A stretch of 64,000 nucleotides of DNA, from contig OZ024740.1 in the NCBI GenBank assembly GCA_964016885.1, positions 437,968,001-438,032,000 of the forward strand. Reading direction: 5' to 3'. Below the pieces are notes generated by a model that saw only the letters and a list, made by a program, of their open reading frames with translations, had not been told where the DNA came from and ran no database searches. Source of the stretch: Eledone cirrhosa. Its lineage: Eukaryota. Shown in pieces: positions 13,039 to 23,451 of the stretch (the first letter of the stretch is position 1; each line of letters starts with the position of its first letter). The position numbers and the translations under genes were made by a program.

Positions 13039-13181
13039 ATTAGTGGGTGTGTGTGTATGTTGACTGCAAATTAGATAACGCCTACATAATTAGTTACACC
13101 TATGTCTTTCATTGTCATGTGTCATTCCTTATTGAGATCCTTATAAATACCAGTGTGCGTTTTATACTTTCCATATTCCAG

Positions 13182-13282
13182 GCTCCTGGTGGAAATATGT
13201 CTGTCACCTGCATACCAGTTAGATCTCAGCACACCAGCTCCTGCCACTTCATAATCCCTCACGGGAAGTCAAATGGCTGCAG
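13182..13282 (+). other. Putative 101-bp exon
   Basis: Pyrimidine-rich acceptor ...ctttccatattccAG and donor CAG|GTCAGT; one open frame APGGNMSVTCIPVRSQHTSSCHFIIPHGKSNGC; no homology recognised. Confidence 0.35.
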
Positions 13283-13589
13283 GTCAGTCAGATTTATATT
13301 TAATTTATTTCTTAAAAAATAAAATTTGTTTAATTTATTTCTTAAAAAAAAGTTCAATTTAATTTTTTTCTTAAAAAATAAAAAGTTTAATTTCATTTAT
13401 TTCTTAAAAAAAAAATTAAATATAATTAATTTCTTCAAAAAAAAGCTTTGTTAAATTTATTTTTATATTTTGTATTGGGGAAAAATATTCCATTTAATTA
13501 ATTTCATCATTTTGTTGTATATACACACATGCATATATACAATTGTTATATATATATATATATATATATGAAATGTCATATAAGGTGGG

Positions 13590-13785
13590 AGTTATTAGAA
13601 TACTTTGCAGTATTCCTTTTTGTTCTATGCTCTCTGAGTTGAAATCCCGCCGTGGTCAATTTTGCCTTTCATCCCTTGGAAGTTGATAAAAAAAGTACCA
13701 GTGAAATACTGATGTGAATTCTTCCTCTCTTTATTTTTCTCACTTTATCTTTTTATGAATAAAAGTACCAGTCAAATACTGGGTT
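13590..13785 (+). mobile_element. Decayed tRNA-derived SINE (same family as 20999-21161)
   Basis: ctgagttgaaatcccgccg...ttgcctttcatccc...gataaaaaaagtaccag. Confidence 0.75.
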
Positions 13786-14177
13786 CCTCTCTTCTCTGTG
13801 TTTCCTCTCTTCCCTGTCTATCTTTCTGGAAGAATTTGCTATTTTTAGAACTGGAGGGGGTGGGATTTGTTAGGGATTAAGGTTGGAAAATGAAAGATAT
13901 ATATGTATATATATGTATAATATGTGTGTTGATGAAATTATGTTGGTGTTGGTGGTGGTAAAAATTGTTTTGCAAGATTTATCTGGAAAAATCTGTTGAA
14001 TTATATTGTTTTGTTTTCACTTTGATTTATTATATAATTATGGTTGGTTGGTTATCTCTCTCATGGTTACTGGTATTGTCTCTCTGTTCTCTCGTTTGAC
14101 AAACGACTTTATAAAAGCTGACTCAATATTGTTCAATGTTTTACTGCTACTTTAAGAGACGGGTGGGCAAAGGGGAC

Positions 14178-15665
14178 AATAATATCTGCTTACACACCCC
14201 AATGTGGACTGCCTGGCGTTATTAAAGACAGATTCTATGAGTCGCTAATGTTCACTACCTCCCAACTAACCGACAGTGACAACATAATTGTTGGCGACCT
14301 AAATGGTCATGTTGGACAACATTGTGATAGTTATGATGGAATCCATGGTGGCTACAGGTTTGGTACCAGAAATGAAGAAGGCTTTAGAATCCTGGAATTC
14401 TGTAACTCTAATAACCTAACTATCTGTAACACAAACTTTAAAAAACCAGACAATCACTTGATCACCTATAGATCAGGGGAACATGCCATTCAGATAGATT
14501 ATATCCTTACCAGAAGATGTGAAAAAGTGTCTGTTGTAAACACTATTTCCCTCCCCCGTGAAGAATGCACCTCCCAACATAGCTCATAGTTAGTGACCTC
14601 ATAGTCAGGACGAGATGTATTCGACAACAGGAGGACTACCCTGAGAAGAAGAATATGAAAGTTAAAGGACCCCACAGCCAGTAACAAATTTAAAAGCATA
14701 TTACTTGATGCTTTTGACAGTAAAGAAGAGCAATTAGAGACATACAGTATAGAGGAACAGTGGGAATTCCTGAAAGTTAACCTGCTGAAGGCGACAGATG
14801 AAATCTGTGGCTGGAGCAGACCTATAAGCAGGAGGAGAGTAACATGGTGGTGGAACAGTAAGGTGGAGGAATCAATCAAGGCCAAAAAGAGAGCTTGGAA
14901 AGTATGGCAGGATGAGGGAAGTAGAGAAGACTATCAAGTGGCCAGGAGGGAAGCTAGGAGACAAGTGTACTTTGCAAGAAGGGAAGCAGAGGAAATAAAG
15001 TTCAAGCATGTTCTACAACGCGAGGACCAAAAACGTGAGGTGTTCAGGATTGCTAGGCAATGTGTCAAGGAAAACCGTGATATTGTCGGGGAGAAGGTTG
15101 TATAATAAGTAAGGCAATCAAAGATATGGAGACAGGCAAAGCAGCTGGGCCTTCAGAGATAGTTGCTGAAATGTTGAAAGCATCTGGATCGGTGGGACAC
15201 ACTATGGTCACCTGGATAGTAAACCATGTCATACAGAATGGGGTTATACCAAATGACTGGCATAACAACATCATCATTAACTGCTACACGTGTAAAGGAG
15301 ATGCCCTATATAGGGGAAACTATAGAGGCATTAAATTAATTGACCAGGTCATGAAGGTCAGAGAAAGAGTTATAGCGCAATTAATAAGAGAGCAAATTGA
15401 TCTAGACGAAATGCCGTTTGGGTTTGTGTCAAGTAAAAGTACCACAGACGCTCTTTTCCTTGTAGGACAACTACAGGAGAAGTACCTAGCTAAAAGTAAA
15501 CCCCGATACTTAGCTTTTGTTGACTTGGAGAAAGCCTTTGACAAAGTGTCCCCCGCTCCATTATCTGGTGGACTCTTAGAAAACTAGGTGTTGATGAATT
15601 GCTTGTCAGAGCTATACAAACCATGTATGAAGAAAAAGTCAGCAAGGTTAGAATTAACAACGAAT
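14178..15665 (+). mobile_element. RTE LINE internal fragment (APE C-terminal half to RT N-terminal half)
   Basis: GDLNGHVG, RNEEG.RILEFC, QIDYIL, TWWWN, GKAAGPS, NYRGIKL, AFVDLEKAFD; closely similar to 17195-18795. Confidence 0.93.
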
Positions 15666-16041
15666 CATCATTTTACATCCGCTTTTCCCTGTTTGCAAGG
15701 GTGGGACGGGAACTGATTCTGGCTTGATTTCTACAGCCGGATGCCCTTCCTAACACCAACCTCATTTACAGTGAGTGCTGGGTGCTTTATTTCCGTGGCG
15801 CCTACACGTCCACTTTACACTGTGGGCTGGGTGCTTTTTTGCCATGGCACCTCCACGACCACTTTGCAGTGGAATGATAGGGACCCCTGTCCTATCATCT
15901 CATTTCTACAGCTGAGTAAACAGGAGCAATGTGAAATAAAGTGTCTTGCTCAAGGAAACAACACATCACCCGGTGTGAGAATTGAAATCACAACCTTTCG
16001 ATTGCCAGGCCAATACTCTAACCACTAAGCCATGTGGCTCC
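15665..16041 (-). mobile_element. tRNA-headed, CORE-like SINE with RTE-derived 3' tail
   Basis: Minus strand: A box tggcttagtgg, B-box-like gatttcaattc, CORE-like ccttgagcaagacactt; tail cccttgcaaacagggaaaagcggatgtaaaatgatga matches the RTE 3' end at 12985-13030. Confidence 0.8.
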
Positions 16042-16762
16042 ATATACATATAAATACATATACATACATATACATACATACACACATACATATATATATA
16101 CATAATATACATATACATACATACACATAAGTATATATACATATACACAAGTATATATACATATACACAAGTATATATACATATACACAAGTATATATAC
16201 ATATACATACATATATACATATACATATATACATATACATACATATATACATATACATATATACATATACATATATACATATACATATATACATATACAT
16301 ACATATATACACATACATACATATATACACATACATACATATATACACATACATACATATATACACATACATACATATATACACATACATACATATATAC
16401 ACATACATACATATATACATATACATACATACACACATATACATACATACACACATATACATACATACACACATATACATACATATATACATATACACAC
16501 ACACACATATACATACATATACACACATATATACACATGCACATACATATACACATACATACACATACATACATATACATACATATACACATACATATAC
16601 ATACACATATATACATACACACATATATACATACACACATATACATACACACATATATACATACACACATATTCATACATACATATACACATATATACAC
16701 ATACATACACATACATATACATACATACACACATATGCATACATATATATATATATACATAC
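16042..16762. repeat. Compound (TACA/TATA/CACA)n microsatellite
   Basis: Read directly; accounts for the low-complexity ORFs here. Confidence 0.97.
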
Positions 16763-16764
16763 AT

Positions 16765-19700
16765 AAAAACAAATTCACCTCATGGACGAGAATGCAAGGG
16801 CTCCTCCTCTTTGTTTCGGTCGCGGATGGCTAACATAACCCATCTCCCCCATTTACCCCCGCTCCCACCCTCCAAACGCAATCCAAAACTTCAGAGTTGG
16901 TACCATAAATGTAGGCACCTTAAAGGGTCGCTCTAATGAGGTTGTAGAAATGCTTGAACGTAAGGAGGTCGATGTTTGTTGTATTCAAGAAACCAGGTGG
17001 AAGGGTGGGTCTGCTAGATTCATCGTGGGTAAAGAACGATGCTATAAGCTTTTCTGGGTGGGAAACGACGATGGGCTGGGTGGAGTAGGAATCATGGTAG
17101 CAGAAAAGTGGGCAGATAAGATAATAGACGTAAATAGAGTGAACGACAGAATAATTAAAATAAGACTTGTTCTCAATAGAACTACGGTGACAGTAATATC
17201 TGCGTACGCACCCCAATCCAGACTGCCCGGCACTATAAAAGACAGATTCTATGAGACACTGATGCTCACTACCTCCCAAATAACCAACAGTGACTATATA
17301 ATTATTGCTGGCAACCTAAATGGTCACGTTGGACAACATTGTGACGGCTATGACGGAATCCATGGAGGCTATGGGTTTGGTACTAGAAATGAGGAAGGCT
17401 CCAGAATCCTGGAATTCTGTGACGCAAATAACCTAACTATCTGTAACACTAACTTAAAAAAACGAGACAATCACTTGATCACCTATAGATCGGGGGACAC
17501 ACAAGCCAGGTAGATTATATCCTTACCAGGAGACGTGACAGAGTGTCTGTTGTAAACACTAAATCCCTCCCCCATGAAGAATGCACGTCTCAACATAGAC
17601 TCATAATTAGCGACCTCATAGTCAGGACGAGACGTATTCGACAACAGAAGAGGACTATCCTCAGGAGAAAAATATTACTTGATGCTTTTGATAGTAAGGA
17701 AGAGCAATTAGAGTCGTACAATATAGAGGAAGAGTGGGAATTCCTGAAAGCTAACCTGTTGAAGGCGACAGATGAAACCTGTGGCTGGAGCAGGCCTCTA
17801 GACAGGAGGAGAGTAACTTGGTGGTGGAACAATAAGGTGGAGAGGTCAATCAAGGCCAAAAAGCAGGCTTGGAAAGCATGGCGGGATGGGGGAAGTAGAG
17901 AAGACTATCAAGTGGCCAGGAGGGAAGCTAGGAGACAAGTGTACTTCGCAAGAAGGGAAGCAGAGGAAAGAAAGTTCAAGCATGTTCTACAACGCGAGGA
18001 CCAAAAACGTGAGGTGTTCAGGATTGCTAGGCAATGTGTCAAGGAAAACAGTGATATTGTCGGGGAGAAGTGTGTCCTAAATGATGATGGTGTACTTGCC
18101 ATCACTGACGCTGATAAGAAGGTAGCTTGGAAGTGTCACTACGAAAGGCTACTAAATGAGGAGAATAATTGGGAGAAAGACAGTCTCCCCCACATCGACC
18201 CAATAGAGGGACCAGCAGTGAAAGTCGAAGGTAGTATAATAAGTAAGGCCATCAAAGACATGAAGACGGGCAAGGCGTCCGGGCCTTCTGAAATAGTTGC
18301 CGAAATGCTGAAAGCATCTGGAACGGTGGGACACACTATGGTCACCCGGATAGTAAACCAAGTCATACAGAATGGGGTCGTTCCGAAGGACAGGCGCAGC
18401 AGCATCATCATAAACTGCTACAAGGGTAAAGGTGATGCCCTAGATAGGGGAAACTATAGAGGCATTAAATTAATTGACCAGGTCATGAAGGTCACAGAAA
18501 AAGTAATAGCGCAACTAATCAGAGAGCGAATTGATCTAGACGAAATGCAGTTCGGGTTTGTGTCAGGTAAAAGTACAACAGACGCTCTTTTCATTGTACA
18601 ACATCTACAGGAGAAGTACCTAGCTAAAAGTAAACCCCTATACTTAGCTTTTGTTGACTTGGAGAAAGCCTTTGACAGAGTACCCTGCTTGATTATCTGG
18701 TGAGCCCTTAGAAAACTAGGTGTTGATGAATGGCTTGTGAGAGCTATACAAGCCATGTATAAAGAAACAGTCAGCAAGGTTAGAATTAACAACGAATATA
18801 GTGAAGAGTTTAGCGTAAAAGTTGGTGTTCATCAGGGCTCCGTCCTTAGCCCCCTACTATTTATTATTGCCCTTCAGGCTATAACAGAGGAGTTCAAGAC
18901 CGGCTGCCCATAGGAAATCCTATATGCAGATGATCTAACGCTCATAGCTGAATCAATGGCTGAACTAGAAAATAAATTCCAAACATGGAAGCATGGCCTA
19001 GAATCAAAAGGCCTTAAAGTTAACTTGTCTAAGACTAAAGTTCTAGTTTGTAGGAAGGAAAATAGGGCACCGGTCCCATCTGGGAAATGGCCATGCTCAG
19101 TGTGTAGGAAAGGAGTAGGTAGAAACTCCATTTTATGTCCCAAATGCAAAGTATGGCTACATAAAAGATGTAGTGGGATCACAGGTAAGCTAACTAAGAA
19201 TATAGATTTTATATGTGGCCGGTGCTCAGGTGCAATAAGTAGCACACAAGTGCCCACAGAATACTAACTCATTCCATTGCACAGATGGTTCTATAGAAAT
19301 AGTGGACAGCTTCCGTTACCTGGGTGATAAAATCTATTGGCCGCTAAAGGGTTCTCTCTAAAAGTGAAAGGCAGGCTGTATGATGCCTGCATACGAACAG
19401 CAATGTTACATGGCAGTGAGACCTAGGCATTGTGTGCAGAGGATATACGCAGACTGGAGAGAAACGAAGCTTGCATGCTTCGCTGGATGTGTAATAGTAA
19501 TATACGTGAACGGCAAAGCATAAACGAAATAAGGGAGAAATTAGAAATAAGAGGGATCAGATGTTTACTCGAGAGAAGACTATGTTGGTGTGGTCACGTG
19601 ATGCGCATGAAAGACGACAGCTGTATAAAAATGTGCAGGGAAATAAAAATAGACGGTAGCCACGGAGTAGGCAGACCCAGAAAAACCTGGGACGACTTGA

Positions 19701-20182
19701 TAAATTCCGACCTCACACACTTACACCTCTCCAAGACAATGTCACTGGACCGAGATCTTTGGCGCTACACAGTAATAGAGAAGACCCGCCTTACCTAAGT
19801 GCAAAGTGAAACCTACTACAGTCAGTAGGCACCTCTAACAAAATACACCCCCGTCCCACTACCCCCACCCCATCCACACCACCCCTTTCAATGTAAAGTT
19901 ATGTTGGTACCACAACATCCAGCCCGAAACAAATGAGGTCGTGTAGGTGTCACGACAAAAACACACAGTCCACGCTGTAATGTGGGCGTGTAGGTAACAC
20001 GGTAAAAACCTCCCAGTTCCACACTGTAAATGTGGTTGGTGTTATGAAGGGCATCCAACCGTAGAAAACCCGCCAGACAGTCCTATGCGAGCAAGACAAC
20101 CACGCTTGCCTCAAGTGGGAAAACTCCCGTCCAAACCCATGCGAGCGTGGAATATGGACGTTAAACGAAGATAATGATGATG
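16765..20182 (+). mobile_element. Near-full-length but disabled RTE LINE (APE, RT, PHD finger, thumb, 3' UTR, ATG tail)
   Basis: APE start FRVGTINVGTLKGR, CIQETRWKG, SAYAPQ; RT motifs through YADDL; C4HC3 finger; RRLCWCGHVMRM, GRPRKTW. Disabled by a frameshift near 17505, stops near 18701, 18911, 19265 and 19425, and small deletions. Confidence 0.96.
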
Positions 20183-20460
20183 ATACATATATACATATAC
20201 ATACATATATACACATACATATATATACATACATACACACACACATACACATACATACATACATATACATACACATATATATATATACATACACACACAC
20301 ATATATACATATACACACACATATATACACACACATACACATATATACACATACACACACATACATACACACATACATACATACATACATATATACATAC
20401 ATATACATTAGTATTCACACATACATATACATACCAGTACCCATACATATATATATATAT
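20183..20460. repeat. (TACA/TA/CA)n microsatellite
   Basis: Read directly from sequence. Confidence 0.95.
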
Positions 20461-20461
20461 C

Positions 20462-20590
20462 AGTATTTCGAGTACGGCCACTACATTATATCCATGTAGG
20501 AGAACCCCTACCGATGCGCTGAACGAGTGTGACTTTAGTCCAGCCAGCAACTTGAAAACTCTTGTACAAACACTACACTTGTGATAATTA
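20462..20590 (-). mobile_element. 3' tip of a BovB-like RTE LINE (C2H2 finger and tail)
   Basis: Reverse complement matches 32500-32625 ([21 protein letters not shown]). Confidence 0.75.
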
Positions 20591-20760
20591 TATATCTATC
20601 TATCTACCTACATATCTATCAATTATATATCTATCTATCTACCTACATATCTATCAATTATATATCTATCTATCTACCTACATATCTATCAATTATATAT
20701 CTATCTATCTACCTACATATCTATCAATTATATATCTATCTACCTACATATCTATTTATG
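20585..20760. repeat. Minisatellite, ~35-bp unit aattatatatctatctatctacctacatatctatc, about 5 copies
   Basis: Read directly from sequence. Confidence 0.9.
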
Positions 20761-21525
20761 TATCTCAAACCTTTTGCAACGTCTATCTTGAGATGTTACA
20801 CACCCTCTTCCGCCATATGATGCTTGTTTGCCAAGGGGAGATGATTACATGATTGACTTTGACACGTGCGTACACACCAAACAAACTTAGACACACCCAC
20901 ATACAGCAATGGTAGACGAACGGCGCTGAATTTGATTTTCGGTGAAAACGTAACAAGTTGTGTTTCATTGTTTGAACAAACGGACCACTATTATTTCTAG
21001 GGCGGTGGATTGGCAATGCTTTCCAGCATAGTTACGTCCCTTTACGATCTGAGTTCAAATCCCGCCGAGGTTGACTTTGCCTTTCATCCTTACGGGGTCG
21101 ATAAAATAAAGTACCAGTAATGCACTGGTGAATTGCTGGCCTTGTGCCAAAAGTAGAAACAATTATTTCTTCTGGAAACTTTTTTTTATTTATTCTTACC
21201 CTCCTTTCTCGTCCATGGGAGCAAATAAGACATTTATTTTACAAGAGAGTCACTTCAGAAAATTACGCTATCAATATTGATACAGCACATAATAGTGATG
21301 ACCATTTCAATGCAACAACTTAAACAACAATAATATTAATGATATAAGGAAAAAGAGTTCAGAGGAAATTTAACAGAAGAAAGAAGAAATGAATTAAGAG
21401 AGGAAACTAGAATTTCTCAATGAAGCAAGACGAGGAAGACAAAGGTATGCTAAACATGTGTTTAATTAACATTACAAATTGTTCAGTTCTTTCAGAATGA
21501 AAATAAAAACACATAATACAATGTG
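20735..21525 (+). repeat. Duplicated block, copy 2 (see 484-1056), carrying a SINE insertion
   Basis: Collinear with 484-1056 apart from the SINE and ~145 extra bp at about 21262-21405. Confidence 0.9.
20999..21161 (+). mobile_element. tRNA-derived SINE with 9-bp TSD
   Basis: TSD attatttct at 20990-20998 and 21162-21170; B box gagttcaaatcc; absent from the paralogous site near 780-790. Confidence 0.9.
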
Positions 21526-21649
21526 TATAAAAATATCTCTATTTGATTTCTAGCTTCGAAAAACTGTCACAATTTATTTATGAAAATGCAAAGGAACGGT
21601 TGAACAACGGAGCCAACATCAGAGCAAAAGACAGCAGCGAGGGGTAAAT

Positions 21650-21900
21650 TTTTCAGCCTGTGGGGAGTCGGGCCGCTGACTGCGAGGTTCCTCTCTTCAC
21701 TGGCGGCTCGCCTAATAGAGGTAACTGGCGAGGGCGCTTGTTTCTTCCAGCACCTCAGCCTCGCCATCACTCGAGGTAACACTGCCAGTGTGCTGGCTTG
21801 CCTTAAAAATCATTAGAGAGGTTGCCCAGTACCCCTGGCTGCTGTCTTTTGCTCTGGTGTTGGCTCCGTTTTCCACCCCTTCAATTTATACTGTTACTTA
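21650..21900 (+). mobile_element. CRE-clade non-LTR retrotransposon 3' end (REL domain C-terminus and 3' UTR)
   Basis: Manual translation WGVGPLTARFLSSLAARLIEVTGE...FFQHLSLAITRGNTASVLACL* fits the CRE C-terminal pattern LFQRLS.A.QRGNA. Confidence 0.75.
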
Positions 21901-22033
21901 AGCATTTGTAGTGTTATGTATATATTTAAAACATATTTATGTTATTCTACTGTAAATTTATTTATATTCTTTGTATATATCATATGTGTTTATATTTTCA
22001 CTCCCATTTGTAACGTTATTTAATATATAATAA

Positions 22034-22086
22034 TTGTTTCTACTTTTGGCACAAGGCCGGCAAATATTCAGTGTATTACTGGTACT
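22034..22086 (-). mobile_element. 5'-truncated SINE 3' end with 18-bp direct flanking repeat
   Basis: ttatttaatatataataa at 22016-22033 and 22087-22104; body matches the 3' end of the 20999-21161 family. Confidence 0.85.
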
Positions 22087-22294
22087 TTATTTAATATATA
22101 ATAACATTTCAAATTGTAAGTTGTAAATAATTGTTCCAAATGTATTTAGTTGATAACAAACTATCAAATTTCTCTTTTATTCACAGTTGTATAAATGACA
22201 TTAGAAATCGTTTGCAATTCTTTCAGAATGAAAATATAAACAGAGCATATAAATAAATTTACAGTAGAATAACATAACAAATATGTTTTAAATA

Positions 22295-22350
22295 CAGTGA
22301 TACCTTGAGATACGAGTGAACCGACATACGAGTTTTTTTTAGATACGAGC
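22295..22350 (+). mobile_element. Solo Tigger/pogo-like terminal inverted repeat
   Basis: TA|cagtgataccttgagatacgag with internal atacgag repeats; partner end not found. Confidence 0.5.
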
Positions 22351-22889
22351 TAGCGCGTGCCTGAGAGGGGTGCAGAATTAATTTCACCCGGAGAACCCCA
22401 ACCAAAGTTACTCCCGTCGTTTATATCCGTAAAGTGACTAAAGATTAAAACAAATGTAATATATTTACGGTTAGGGTTGGGGCGATACTTGGTTTTAGTG
22501 TCCTAAATTATCATCGACATTCAGTTATTAGCTACACCCACTACACGATACGTCACGACACGTCATCAGCTGCTGCTGCTTGATTTTTACATGTTAATTT
22601 TACACGAAAAAACATTGAATTTTTAGAATAACTATTTATTAAAATATTAACAGAGAAAATTAGATTTTTGATTTAATTTTTGAACAAAATAAATATTTAT
22701 TTACAGTTTTTCACAGAAAAACTATGCTTCATTTTTACATGAATATTTATTTACAGTTTTTAACAGAAAAAATATTGCTGCGAAATACATTTTTTTTTTA
22801 ACAGATTTACAGTTTTTAACAACAGAAAAAAAAATTCTTTAAACAATATATTGTTGCGATATACAGTAATTTTTTTTACCTGTGCAATT

Positions 22890-23400
22890 GTATGCGTGAT
22901 GTATGTAGTGAATGGGTTGAGCAAAATCTGGCGATACTCGGTGGTCTTGATTCTAACGGAATACGAATAACTGTACAAATTGAGGAGAGCAAATATTTTC
23001 ATCGTAAATATGCTCGTGGGCTCTGGCATGAAGGACATTGTGTCATTGGCGGAATTGATACTAATAATTCCCGCAATATTTTTCTCCATGAAATCCCTGA
23101 TCAGGCTGCTGAGACTGCTGCCTCTCATTGAAAGGCACTGTGCAAATGGATCTATGATCCATACAGATGAGTGGCGGGTATGCCAAATTTGCCTGGTCGT
23201 TATACACATCTCACTGTCAATCATTCAAAAAGCATTTCGTTGATCCCATATCAAGTACATACACGCAAAATATTGAGGGGGTGTGGTCTGATGCCAACAA
23301 GAAACTAAAACGCATCAATGGTACCAGCCGACCAATATTTAAGGGAGTTTGAGTGGCAATGTCACGTATCCAACTGGTGAAGGTAAATGTTTCGAAAAAA
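22890..23400 (+). mobile_element. Merlin (IS1595/ISXO2-like) transposase pseudogene
   Basis: VQIEESKYFHRKYARG, VIGGID, GSMIHTDEWR, VNHS.HFVDP, TQNIEGVWS..KKLK across three frames. Confidence 0.88.
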
Positions 23401-23451
23401 ATGTAGTTGTTCTAATGCAGTTTATATATAATATCGTCTTTGTTTTAATGC

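Larger units (their letters stand above)
12294..14133 (+). repeat. Segmental duplicate, copy 1 (copy 2 at 48297-49465), interrupted by an RTE 3' fragment
   Basis: Shared anchors ttcacattgttctgatcaaaata and tccttataaatac, then ~850 bp collinear from caggtcagtcagatttatatttaatttattt to ttataaaagctga, including a decayed SINE. Confidence 0.88.

Noticed and set aside
15965-16041. tRNA-like sequence (also 21000-21070, 38040-38115, 46550-46644)
   Set aside because: A and B boxes run into SINE bodies; no complete cloverleaf or acceptor stem.
15966-16833. Cys/Met/Tyr/Val-rich ORFs, superficially reflectin- or metallothionein-like (also near 20 kb, 50 kb and 51 kb)
   Set aside because: Open in several frames and both strands because they derive from TA/CA microsatellites.
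20585-20760. ~35-bp repeats resembling a CRISPR array
   Set aside because: Head-to-tail with no unique spacers, no cas genes, eukaryotic context.
22890-23400. Bacterial IS1595 or contamination
   Set aside because: Decayed and embedded among eukaryotic LINEs and SINEs; fits Merlin.
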